A DNA stretch of 64,000 bases from Octopus sinensis (taxonomy: Eukaryota): NCBI RefSeq assembly GCF_006345805.1, contig NC_042998.1, positions 192,944,001 through 193,008,000 of the forward strand. The letters are read 5' to 3'. Positions 37,399 to 50,290 of the stretch are shown here, in pieces. The position numbers were made by a program, and so were the translations under genes. Positions within the stretch are counted from its first letter, which is position 1. Every line of letters starts with the position of its first letter. The notes beneath the pieces are model-generated. The model saw nothing but the letters and a program-made list of their open reading frames with translations, was not told where the DNA came from and searched no databases.

Positions 37399-37810
37399 GG
37401 ATCTTTTCAGTTTGAACGGCAGTTTTTTCTAGCAGTGTCGTACGAAATTGTCACCCATAATTATGACCCTAGTATCAATCTATTGCATTTCAATCTATTT
37501 TAGGGTTAGGGTTGGTTAGGGAAGGGTATCTTTTTCTCTTCACAAATGTAAATAAACCCAATCTGTTTCTTAAACGAAGGACATATTCATACGGCACAGA
37601 ATGTTTTTTACCTCAATAGACGTCAGTGATTGGTCGAAATTGCAGAAATAGAAGAAAAAAACAACAGATATCTTAAAAACTATAGAATTTTCTCAATAAA
37701 GCCAAGAGAAAAAGATGTTTTATAAACACATTCTACCAGTATACGAAGTTAAAAATTTTTTAGTTACCTAGAAATTATGTAAAAAACTGCCGTTCAAACC
37801 AAAAAGATCC
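37399..37810. mobile_element. Second copy of the 8-bp-TSD MITE
   Basis: Same TIRs and interior as 19441-19854. TSD ATTATTGA at 37391-37398 and 37811-37818. Confidence 0.92.
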
Positions 37811-38085
37811 ATTATTGACCACCTTAGAGTGAAAGTTAACTCAAAGAAAACCAAATTTGCAAGTCTTAATTCACTACACATGTGGACCATTTCCATAGAA
37901 GGGCATTATCAAAGACAGTAAAGTGCGGCATTTAGCTGGGTCTTTTGACATCATGAGTTCAAACCTCACTGAGATTGGTTTTACTTTTCGTTCTTGCAAG
38001 GACTGTAATATAATTAATAATCAAGGTCAGTTTATATAACTATACTCCTTTCATACAAGGGTGCAATCCTGGCTTAATGTTCCAC

Positions 38086-38268
38086 ATTAATATAAGCATA
38101 TTTCACATTATGGAAGCATTACATTCCCGAAAATCTTACTGTATCACAGAATTCTATGAAGCAAAACCTATATTCCTTTTGAAATAGGTTTTGCTTCATG
38201 AAGTTCCATTCTGGTGCAAGATTTTCAGTAACGTAATGCTTCCATAATGCAGAAATGCTTATATTAAT
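38086..38268. repeat. Imperfect palindrome with ~85-bp arms
   Basis: attaatataagcat...atgaagcaaaacctat pairs with ataggttttgcttcat...atgcttatattaat. Confidence 0.85.
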
Positions 38269-39066
38269 ATTTGGAAGGGATATATTTATTAATCAACCCT
38301 AACATGAGAGAGACATTTTTTAATTCTGTAATGCAATCCTTTCGAAATAAGAACACATTGGAGCTATTCCAATAACCAACACATCAAAGTCCAACTCAAT
38401 TCTTTATAGTATTTAATAATGTCCCTCTATATTTGGTTTTCAAATTTTACTGTGCCTCATATTGTCCTCTGTACTTCAGGAGTTGATAAAATAGGTACCA
38501 CAGATCAGGTTTACAATACTGAAATATAAGGCTGAACATAAGAGAAGTAAATTTATGCAAAAAACTGTTACCAAACTAGTGTTGCCACCACCATGACATA
38601 CACAGAAAGTTTTGTGTCAGTAAGAATACAAAATTACCAATTCATATGATTCTTGTACACCTTTCCTATTCCGTATTGCCACATGAAATATCGAAGAAAA
38701 TTATGCTGAAAATTACATGGAGGACATGTCTGCTGGAAATTTTTTTTCTAATATATACAGATGTATGTCGATGCCAGCACTGCCTTGACTGGCTTCTGTG
38801 CCGGTGGCACGTAAAAAGCACCAACCGATTGTGGCCGTTGCCAGCCTCCCCTGGCCACCTGTGCCGGTGGCACGTAAATAGCCACCCACTACACTCTCGG
38901 AGTGGTTGGTGTTAGGAAGGGCATCCAGCTGTAGAAACACTGCCAGATCAGACTAGAGCCTGGTGCAGCCTCCTGGCTTCCCAGACCCCGGTTGAACCGT
39001 CCAACCCATGCTAGCATGGAAAGCGGACGTTAAACGATGATGATGATGATGATGACAGACATGGTT

Positions 39067-39467
39067 ATGTGGTTAAAGGGTTCACTTCAAAACCACGTCA
39101 TCAGGGGATTGGTTCCTCTGCATGGTTGCTGTCAGTTGGTGTTCTTGACTGAAGCTACAGGTCAACTAATACATTATGAATGAAATCTGAAATTGATTGG
39201 CAGAAACTGAGGAAGTATATCACAAATAGATATGTGGTAGGGTTCTATTATATATACATCATCATCATGTATATATAATAGACGGAACCTGAAAAACGCT
39301 ACCACATGTCTATCTGTGATATACTTCCTCAGTTTCTGCCAATCAATTTCATTCATAATGTATTAGTTGACCTGTAGCTTCAGTCAAGAACACCAACTGA
39401 CAGCCAACTATGCAGAGGAACCAATCCCCTGATCACATGGTTTTGAAGTGAAACCCTTTAACCACAT
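39067..39467. repeat. ~400-bp fold-back palindrome built from a decayed family B SINE
   Basis: Arms are near-identical reverse complements around a catcatc loop. The arm sequence is colinear with the SINE B head but heavily diverged from it. Confidence 0.9.
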
Positions 39468-40088
39468 CAAGAAGGCGAAATCACTTAATACCAGAATGTC
39501 TATGGTCTTATTTGTATTTTACTATGTGTCTTACAAATGGGAGGACTGTTTCGGAGAGATACATTTACTATATTTTCCATGTGTGTTTGCATATAGTGAG
39601 GGATAAGTGGTTTTGGAGGATTTTCACTCCTCTTTCAAGCAAACAGGTACTTATTGTAACCTGAATTTTTATTACCTATATCAATAACAATGTTATTCCA
39701 TTATTTACATTATTTACAATTGACGGATATCTTAAATATAGAACAATGCTATTCCAATAAGTAAATAAATGAAAAAAATAAACATACAGTTTATTAATAT
39801 ATTTTGAGTGATCACTAGTGATAGCAATATTATGCACATATGTACATGGATGGACACATGCTCATCTGCGTGCACACACACACACTTGGATGAACATACA
39901 TGTGCACATATGCACACACACACATACATGTGCACATACATACACACATACAGACATGTATTCATTTATATGTACATGCATGCATACCAGTGTGTGCACA
40001 CATGTGCATGCATTTGTGCATTTGCACATGTGAGTATAGACATGCAAAACAGATATTGGGGGTCAGTAAGCATTGGGAATTGGCAGGC

Positions 40089-40204
40089 GTTGGGGATTGG
40101 TATGTGTTGGGGGTTGGTAGATGTTGGGGGTTGGTATGTGTTGGGGGGTTGGTAGATGTTGGGGGTTGGTATGTGTTGGGGATTGGTAGATGTTGGGTAT
40201 TGGT
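40089..40204 (+). repeat. G-rich 17-bp minisatellite with two alternating variants
   Basis: gttgggggttggtatgt / gttgggggttggtagat, about 7 units. Confidence 0.9.
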
Positions 40205-40249
40205 AATTGGCAGTGTTGCTCATGGGGTTGGTAGCGATGACCTTGGTGC

Positions 40250-40450
40250 ATGCAGTGAAGAGTCTGAGGCCATGGGTGGGAAGATGGATGGAGGCATAAC
40301 ATCATGATTACAAGTGATCGCTCCAAAAGAGTGACACAGGAATAGACATAGCCAATCTGAAAGAAGCGACCCAGGATAGAACTGACTGGAGGACACTGAT
40401 CCATCGAGTAACCGAGAGTTGACTTTGACTGAGCGGATAGATAGAGATAG
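40250..40450 (+). mobile_element. RTE (BovB-like) LINE extreme 3' end
   Basis: SDTGIDIANLKEATQDRTDWRTLIHRVTES, followed by a (GATA)-like tail. Confidence 0.75.
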
Positions 40451-41084
40451 ATTATTAAATTTAGTTCATGAATTAGAGATTTTGAAGCACAAAGACAAAT
40501 CTAACTGAATTTCAGTTAGATTTGGCCAAAAAGTATAGCAAGTGATAAATTATTGGTGACATTTACTTCCTGACAATTCACATGTTGCATATCTCTAGTC
40601 ATTACTTGAACTTTTTCTTAACTGAAATAATGGCATAGATCATCATCATTCTAACATATGGTTTACTCTGCAACATATGGTTTCTTTACTACACAGCAAC
40701 TCTGCATGTGATTTGATCCTGTGTCCTCACATCTGTGTGGTGCACCAGTTTTTATATTTTGTCAGTTATAATTGTATCATTGTTATTTCATCCCATTTAT
40801 ACCTTCATAGGGTCCAACCATATGTTCTGTCCATTGTTCCACTCATGCTGTGTTTAATTATATATTTAATGCCAAGCCATTTTTAATGAGACAATAAAAG
40901 GGTTTCTGTGGTGCCTTTCAGGCAAGTAGAAATAGCTGCTAAATCTCTTGCAAACTAGACCTTATCTTAAAAATAGTCAGTTATGGTTTTGTTAATAACT
41001 ACTGTTAATTCAATTATTGTTTTAACATCCACAGCATCATTGTTTTAACATCCACTTTTCCATACTTTATGGGTTAGATGATCC

Positions 41085-41515
41085 ATTGAGGAAGATTCTT
41101 TTTATGGGACTTGTCCCAAACTTTGACAACAAGAGTTACACAAATACTAGAACTGGGCGCCGCTGCATAGTGCCAAGGACTCCAAATTTGCCATCAAGAT
41201 GTAGGACAAGATACTGCAATAGCCTAGGCTTCAGAGGTCCACAGCTCTTCAATATCCTCCTGAAGGACCTGAGAGACCTGCATGGGGTGGATGTAGGTGT
41301 CTTCAAAATAAAGCTGGACCTCTTCCTGTCAGGTGTCCCAGATGAACCAACTTCGTAGCAGGAGGTGCAGATGAGGGCAGCTGCATCAAACTCTCTCATG
41401 CACCAAATGTCAATTGCTACAAAGCATTCGTGAAGTAAAATTATGTAGCAACACCAAATGGTGGTGCCCCAGCATGGCCACAGATCGTGAGCTGAAACTA
41501 GATGAAATAAAAAAT
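41085..41515 (+). mobile_element. CR1/L2-group LINE 3' fragment, probable mobilising partner of SINE B
   Basis: GLVPNF...TGRRCIVP...LGFRGPQLFNIL...FKIKLDLFLSGVPDEPT. UTR ends cagcatggccacag...ctgaaac. Confidence 0.85.
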
Positions 41516-42350
41516 ATTCTGTTCCTGTCATGAAAATATTCTAACTGTTACCAATGATTATTAAATGTTAAATATCTGTAGGAAGAGGGAAATAGTTGTT
41601 GATGCAATAACTGTACAAAGTAGAAAGGAACCTAATGTTGTATAATATGGTACACTAAATCACTGGATCATGTATTCCTAGAGGTACTGAGTCTAAAACA
41701 ATGAGGTGGGATGGTCGTGGTTGGAATACTTTTGTTCATCCGATCTACTTGGTCAGAACTGGCTGAAAGTTACACAACAGATCCAACTCAGTCATCAATT
41801 ACAAAACTACACATCAAACGGATCACACCCCATTCATGTTTCTTTTTTTCTCTCCCCCACCCCTCCCATTTGCTGTAGATATTCCACATTAAATGCCCAT
41901 GTTGCATTATTGTCAGTAACATTAGAAGACACTCTTTCAGTTTCTATCATCTTTTTAGCCATTATACAAGTTCCACTGGCCGCAGTAATAACGTTGCCTA
42001 GGTAACAAAAGTTATTTAATATTTTAGTGAATCAACCAAGCAGTTGAGGAACTTTTGATCATAGCTGCAAATTCTTGTTAATAACTGCAGTCTAACTGCT
42101 GCAACTAATGCTTTGCTTCACAACGGATCATGCTGCACCTTTAGTGCACATGCTTCCACTCATTAGACAACACCAGATTCCATCCCACTCAAGTTTGTTA
42201 TTCTATCAACAGCTCTTTTCCTGTTCCAAAGATTTCATGAATATTGATAATCGTTATGGTGCTAGAAATAAAATAACAAAAAAAAAAAAATATTTATCAG
42301 ATACAAGTTCTTGTTTGTCAGTCCATTTTATTTCTCTATCATAATGATGT

Positions 42351-43087
42351 TTAACCCTTTCGTTACTGTATTTATTTTGAGATGCTCTTGAGATGTGTTT
42401 CTTTCAATTGATTTTAAATATAACAAAGAATTTAGTAAAATAACTTAGCTATCATTCAGCTGGTGTTAGGAACATAAATTGTGACTAAAGTTTGGTGGAG
42501 GATTTTAATTCAAAACTTATGAAAACATGACTTTTGTACTCAGAGCCAGAGCTAGTTTCAGCCAGGTTGCTATCAAAAGGGTTAAGAATTGTTTCTCTAT
42601 TATATATTTTTACCCTTTCATTACTGTATTTATTTTGAGATGCTCTGTGTTTCTTTCAATTAATTTTAAATATAACAAAGAAATTAGTAAAATAACTTAG
42701 CTATCATTCAGCTAGTATTAGGAACATAAATTGTGACTAAGGTTTGGTGGAAGATTTTAATTCAAAACTTATCAAAAAAGACATTTGTACTCAGAGCCAG
42801 AGCTGGTTTCAGCCGGGTTGGTAACGAAAGGGTTAAGAATTGTTTCTCTATTATATATTTTAACCATTTTGTTACTGTATTTCTTTTGAGATGCTCTGCG
42901 TTTCTTTCAATTACTTTAAATATAACAAGGAATTTAGTAAAATAACCTAGTTATCATTAAGCTAGTATTAGGAACATAAACTGTGACTAAGATTTGGTCG
43001 AAGATTTAATTCAAAACTTATGAAAACAAGACATTTGTACCACTGAGCCAGAGTCGGTTTCAGCCGGATTGGTAATGAAAGGGTTAA
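42351..43087 (-). mobile_element. Tandem trimer of the TTAA MITE, inverted relative to 34470-34950
   Basis: Three units, each pair joined by the same 23-bp spacer. Confidence 0.88.
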
Positions 43088-43950
43088 GTAGTTTTTAATT
43101 TCCAGTTTATTACAAAAATACGAACAAATAAGTCATCATCATCATTTTAATGATTGCTCTTCCATGTTCGAATGGGTCAGACAGAATTTTGTTGAGGCAA
43201 ATTTTCTACAGTTGGATGCCTTCCTGTTGACAATGTCAAAGCAGGAAATCAGTATCACATACACAACAGGCTTCTTTCACTTTCTATCTACCAAATTCAC
43301 TCACAAGGCTTTGTTCAACCCAGAGCTATAGTAGAAGACACTAAGGTGGCGAGCTGGCAGAAATGTTAGCACACCGGGTGAAATGCATTGCCGTATTTCG
43401 TTGGCCGTTACGTTCTGAGTTCAAATTCCGCCGAGGTTGACTTTGCCTTTCATCCTTTTGGGGTCGATAAATAAAGTAAGAGTTTCACACTGGGGTCTAT
43501 GTAATTGACTTAATCCGTTTGTCTGTCCTTGTTTAGCCCCTTTGTCGGTAGTAAAGAAATATATAGTAGAAGACACTTTCCCAAAGTGTCAAGCAGTGGG
43601 ATTGAACCCAGAACCATGTGGTTCAAAAGCAAACAGTGAGATACACTAATGTTGTTTAGCTCCAGTTCAGTGTTAATCCAGCAAACCTATAATAAAAAAA
43701 AAAACACAATCTGACCATGACCATCTTGTCTTATTTTTTTCAGGCGTAGTATTTCTAGAATTACCTTTATCCAGAGTGAGCTTTTTTTTTTTTTTTTTAA
43801 ATCTTGTGAGGTGATTTGGCTGCTAGTTCTAGCAGGATGAGAAATCACTCAGAGGTTCTGAAAATGTCTTGAAGACATTTTCCTATGAAGCTAAAGGTGA
43901 CATCCAAATAACATTGCTATTCAGACTGTAGATCTTAAAGCTAGAGATAA

Positions 43951-43988
<38 letters not shown>

Positions 43989-44231
43989 AATATTTTTTAA
44001 CCACATTTCCTTTTGATTACATAAGACTGTTACTGTACAAATGTGATTTGTGTGTGTCTGCATGTGCATGCATGTGTGTGTGTGTGTGTGTGTATACATG
44101 CATGTGTGTGTGTATGTTTATGTCGAATAATACTTAGCATGCTTGCCTGATCAACATAAGTTATATGGTTTGATTGCTGTCACAAGTTGTTACATCTTTT
44201 CTTTTAAACTGTATTTTTTTACCTGTCAGTA

Positions 44232-44970
44232 TCACTTTATACACACACTCATATGTATACATACACACACATAAGTACATATAGACACGTGTATACATAC
44301 ACATAAGTATATATACTCATATGCATGCATACACACACATAAGTACATATAGACATGTGTATACATACACACACATAAGTATATATATATAGACATGTGT
44401 ATACATGCACATAAATATATATACTCATGTTTACATGCACACACATAAATATATATAGACACATGTATACGTACACATAAATATATATGCACATATGTAT
44501 ATATACACACACAATATATATAGATACGTGTATACATACACATAAATATATATGCTCTTATGTATACATACACACACATAAGTATATATATAGACATGTG
44601 TATACATGCACATAAATATATATGCACATATGTATACATACATACACATAAGTATATATAGACATGTGTATTCATACACATAAATATATATACCCATATG
44701 TATACATACACACACATAAGTATATATAGAGACACGTGTATATATACACATAAATATATATACTCATATGTATACGTACACACACATAAGTATATATATA
44801 GACATGTGTATACATGCACATAAATATATATGCACATATGTATACATACATACACATAAGTATATAGAGACACGTGTATACATACACATAAATATATATA
44901 CTCATATGTATACGTACACACACATAAGTATATATATAGACACGTGTATACATACACATATATATTCACA
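44232..44970. repeat. Purine-pyrimidine minisatellite with a ~68-70-bp unit made of two ~34-bp subunits
   Basis: acacataagtatatatagacatgtgtatacatgcacataaatatatatactcatatgtatacatac, repeated about 10-11 times. Confidence 0.9.
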
Positions 44971-45647
44971 CATATGTATTTAATTGTTGTTTGTGTTTTC
45001 CAGTAAAAGGCAAAATGCTCAATATATACCTACAGTAGAAGTACATAGACTCTTATATTTTATTAAACAGGAATATTTCCTCATACCTAAAGGTTTAGTG
45101 TAGCAGACTAACATCCACTGCATGAGAATACAAGCCAGTTTTCAAACACACTGCTGTGTGTTATATCACGTGTATGTAAACACTAACACACACTGACATC
45201 TCTTCGTTATCATCTTTGCATTCTTTCCAGTAACAGGTGTAGGAGTGGCTGTGTGGTAAGTAGCTTGCTTACGAACCACATGGTTCTGGGTTCAGTCCCA
45301 CTGCGTGGCACCTTCGGCAAGTGTCTTCTACTATAGCCATGGGCTGACCAAAGCTTTGTGAGTGGATTTGGTAGACAGAAACTGAAAGAAGCCCGTCATA
45401 TATATATACAAGTTCTGCAAAATTTATGAATATGGTACTTAAGTTAAAGGCACCAGAATTTGGTATGGTATTATCCATATAAATCAAATGGGGTGAATAT
45501 AATCAAAATAAGCAACAAGGATATCCAAGGTGTGTATATATATATATATATATCATCATCATCATCATTTAACGTCCGCTTTCCATGCTAGCATGGGTTG
45601 GACAGTTCAACTGGGGTCTGGGGAGCCCGAAGGCTGCACCAGGCCAG

Positions 45648-45684
<37 letters not shown>

Positions 45685-47384
45685 GTGTCTGTTTTTGTCC
45701 CCTCAACATCATTTGACTACCGATGCTGGTGTGTTTACGTCCCCGTAACTTAGCAGTTCGGCAAAAGAGACTGATAGAATAAGTACTAGGCTTACAAAGA
45801 ATAAGTCCTGGGGTTGATTTGCTCGACTAAAAAAAAAAGGCAGTGCTCCAGCATGGCCACAATCAAATGACAGAAACAAGTAAAAGAGTAACTCTCACTG
45901 ACCCTTATATAATAGGCAGATGGGATGAGGAGTAGACATGTATTCATTCTGTAGCAAGACACTTGTGTTTGTCCCTCTAACTTTAATCTCCCAAGAACTA
46001 GCAGAAAGCCACCGCCTTTTTCTGCTAGAACTTCACTCTGTCAAGTGCTTTTATTATTTGTCTTGCAAGTTACTTGAGAACCTCACTAATACCAGTATCA
46101 TGGAAAAAGAAAAGGTACCCAGTTTATTTTTGGCATTAGGAAGGGCATCCAGCTATTCAAATCATGTCACAGCATTAGTTGATTCAAAGGTATATTAGCA
46201 GAAGATATTTGCCCAAAGTGTGCTCAATGAGATGAATCTGAAGTCTTATGGTTAAGAAGGGATATGTGATTGGCACTCCGTTGGTTACGACGACGAGGGT
46301 TCCATTTGGTCCGATCAACGGAACAGCCTGCTCGTGAAATTAACGTGCAAGTGGCTGAGCACTCCACAGACATGTATACCCTTAACATAGTTCTCTGGGA
46401 GATTCAGCGTGACACAGAGTGTGACAAGGCTGGCCCCTTTGAAATATAGGTACAGCAGAAACAGGAATAAAGAGTGAGAGAATGTTGTGGTGAAAGAGTA
46501 CAGCAGGGTTCACCACATACCAAATGCTGAAGCCTTGTGGAACTTTTTAGGTGTTTTCGCTCGATAGACACTCACAACACCCGATCTGGGGATTGAAACC
46601 GCGATCCTAAGAACGCAAGTCCGCTGCCCTAACCACTGGGCCATTTTGCCTCCAGAAGGGAGATGTATAGTTTATATATATACGCATTCTTATACATACA
46701 TAAAAACTAAGTAAATGAGGAAGGAAGAGAGAGACACCATTTACAAAGCTCAAATCTGATGTGTTATAAAGTACATCTGCTTGTGTTGGATGAGTGCCTT
46801 ACAAAGCATACCGGTATACTAACTTTTTGCAGTCCAAAACAAACAAAGCACTTAGAATGATTGCAGGTGACAGAGTTGCTGCTGGGGAAGGGGGGGAGAC
46901 ATAAAACAACAAAACAAAAGAAAAATAAAGCAAAAATGATAACAAAAATATAAAAAGTAAAGAATTACCACCAATAGCTTACAACACGGGAGACAGGTTG
47001 CTACAGCAACAATGATTTACAAATTGCACACGTGTTACAGTTCATCAGAACTTAAGAACAGTAGTATAAAACATATATTGCATTACAAGGACTGGTACAT
47101 TTGTCTCAATACACTTGATTAACGGAATTTGGATGAACCTTTGAGAAGCTGTCACTGAACCATCTTGTCTTGTCACTCTCACCATCCTGAATGTAATGAA
47201 TTAGTTATCACAGTCCATTGCAAACCTGCAACCTGTGATGCCATTGTTCAAAAAATGCAATATAGAAATTAAAGAACTCAGTATGTGCATGTTTGTGCAT
47301 GCATGTTACATATAAAGGTGTTCATATATATGCATCACACACACAAGCATAAGTAGATATATTTTTTTGTTCTTTTTTCTTTTT

Positions 47385-47845
47385 TAATTTCAGCTCAGAG
47401 CTGCATCCATGCTGATGCACCGCCGTTTTGTGCTACACTGTTATTACTAAGACCCTCCTCTAATATATGGCACTTGGTGAAGATGGAGTTTGATATAGCT
47501 ACCCTCATTTGCACCTCTTGCCGTGATGTAGGTTCATCTGGGACTCTCAACAGGAAGAGGTCAAGCTTTGATTTAAAAACCCCTACATCTACTTTGTGCA
47601 AGTTCCTCAGGCTCTTTGGGAGAACATTAAAAAGCTGTGGGCCCTTGAAACCCAGGCTGTTGCAGTAACTGGTCCTGAAGCATGATGTCATTGCTGGGAT
47701 CTTTGGCACTATGCAATGTCGTCCCGTTCTGGCATTGGTGTAGTTTCCAATGCCAAAATTTGGCACAATTCCTTCCAGGATCTTCCAGATATATATTACT
47801 GCATACCTCTCCCGTCTTCTCTCAATGATACGGATATATGTATTA
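47385..47845 (-). mobile_element. CR1/L2-group LINE 3' fragment, same family as 41085-41515
   Basis: ERRRERYAVIYIWKILEGIVPNF...GFKGPQLFNVLP...FKSKLDLFLLRVPDEPT plus UTR. Confidence 0.9.
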
Positions 47846-48194
47846 ACTGCAAGCATGGCTGGGCAGTTAAGAAACTCACTTCCCAAACATATGGTTTCAA
47901 GTTCAGTCCCATTGGGTGGCACCTTGAGTAAGTTTCTTTTGCTACAAGCCTGGGCCACCTAAACCCTTGTCAGTGGATTTGGTATATAGAAGCTGAAAGA
48001 AGACTATTGTGTGTGTGTGCGTATGTCTGTTTGAATGTGTGTATACATGTGTGAGAGACTCTGTGTGTGTGTTTGTCCTTTTGTATAGTTTTAAACAAGC
48101 ATCACCATCAGACACGAGGCGATCATCAGTCTAAGACATGTTTGGCAGTGGGAAAATATAACCTTGTTGGGGAAACAAGTGATGGTTCAGAACA

Positions 48195-50290
48195 GAAATG
48201 GTGTCACTATGAAAGTTCCTTGTTTAAGACTCATATCTTCAACAAGTTGTTGCATAGTTTCGTATACCTTGGAAGATAGAAAATAAACTTAGTATCATAC
48301 TGTTTCACATTTCATATCACATTCTTAACCATTTGATGAGATTCCAGGAGAAATTAATTGAAATCCAACTTTTGGAGATCCAGGATTTATTTATATTCAA
48401 GTATATATATACGGCTAACCGGCTTTCGTGCCAGTGGCCCATAAAAGGCACCATTCGAGTGTGATCATTACCAGTGTTGCCTTACTGGCACTTGTGCCCA
48501 TGCTAGTAGGGTGCTGAGAGCACCATCTGAGCATGATCGTTGCCAGAGCAGCCAACTGGCTTCCGTGCCGGTGGAATGTAAGTGGCACCATTTGAGTGTG
48601 ATCGTTACCAACGTCGCCTTACTGTCACTTGTGCCCGTGCTAGTAGGGTGGCAAGAGCACCATCCGAGCTTGATCGTTGCCAGAGCAGCCAACTGTCTTC
48701 CGTGCCGGTGGCATGTAAAAGGGCACCATTCAAGCATGATCGTTATCAATGACGCCTTACTGGCACCTGTGCTGGTGGCATATGTAAAAAGATTCGAGCG
48801 AGGTCGTTGCCAGTACTGCCTGACTGGCCCCCGTGCCGGTGGCACGTAAAAAGTACCCACTACACTTTCGGAGTGGTTGGCGTTAGGAAGGGCATCCAGC
48901 TGTAGAAACTCTGTCAGATCAAGATTGGAGCCTGGTGCAGCCATCTGGTTTGCCAGCCCTCAGTCAAAATCATCCAACCCATGCTAGCATGGAAAGCAAT
49001 GATGATGATAATGATGTACATGTGCATATGTAAATGTGTGTGCATTTGTAGATATATCTGTAGATGTATATGTACCCATTGTAAACTACAGATGCTCAAG
49101 ATGTGAAGTGGGATTACAAGCAGGCTGACAGAGAACATAAACTACATATGCACCAGATGCACAAGAGATGTTAGCAGTAAGGGTGCACGCATAGCAAATG
49201 CGCAGAAAGCTATCTCTAAGTCTTAAATAGTTTTTGTCTTACTTGGGTGGCCTAATTAGCACTGGTGGTGGGTGTTCTGAAAGCATTGTGTCAGAATAAG
49301 AATGAGGAGGAAAATGTTGAAGGAGCTACTTCCTCTGCTGCTAATAAGGGGTTTCTCCCTCAGTTAAGGGCAGACTGCAGAATGCATGTGCACTGAATGT
49401 AATGCTGCATGATAGTGCATGTGGAGGATGTGTAAATGGTGGTTAATGATTAAGGCAAGCATGTTTCACTGGATTATTCATTTACTTGTTTCAGTCATTT
49501 GACTGTGGCCATGCTGGAGCACCACCTTTAGTAGAGCAAATCGACCCCAGGACTTAGTCTTTGTAAGCCTAGTACTTAATCTATTGGTCTCTCTTTTGCT
49601 GAACTGCTAAGTTATGGGGGACGTAAACACACCAGCATCGATTGTCAAGCAATGTTGAGGGGACAAACACAAACACACGCACATACATATATACGATGGG
49701 CTTCTTTCAGTTTCCGTCTACCAAATCCCCTCACAAGGCTTTGGTCGGCCCGAGGCTATAGTAGAAGACACTTGTCCAAGTTGCCACACAGTAGGACTGA
49801 ACCTGAAACCATGTGGTTGGTAAGCAAGGTACTTACCACACAGCTGCTCCTGCATAATATCAGTGTTGATGAGTAACAAAGCACAAATGAGCTGAGAGAA
49901 GAACTGTTGTATTAGCGGAACTGACGATGATGTGTAAGAGAGAAGATTATGATGGCACAGACAGGACATGCTTAAGTCTATAAAAGTTGTGAGTTGTATA
50001 AAGAAGGGCCAAGCATTCAAAGTGGATGAAAGCTGCGGAAGAGGCAAAAAATCAAGGGAAACTCAGGACAGAGTTGTGAAGACTGATCTCAAGAAATGGT
50101 GTCACCATGAAAGTTCCTCGTTTAAAACTCATATCTTCAACAAGTTGTTGCACAGTTTCGTATACCTTGGAAGATAGAAAATAAACTTAGTATCATACTG
50201 TTTCACATTTCATATCACATTCTTAACCATTTGATGAGATTCCAGGAGAGATTAATTGAAATCCAACTTTTGGAGATCCAGGATTTATTT
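48195..50290. repeat. Direct duplication of ~198 bp of unique-looking sequence (48195-48390 and 50095-50290)
   Basis: gaaatggtgtcac...ggagatccaggatttattt occurs twice with 5 substitutions. Confidence 0.92.

Noticed and set aside
37498-37522. TTAGGG motifs as telomere or interstitial telomere
   Set aside because: Only 2-3 imperfect units, internal to a MITE and present in both MITE copies.
44232-44983. 245-aa ORF and overlapping Y/I/C/V-rich ORFs, plus similar ones at 0.1-0.6, 4.6-4.9, 6.8, 10.0-10.5, 39.7-40.0 and 55.0 kb
   Set aside because: They are translations of TA/TG/CA repeats that lack stop codons by composition.
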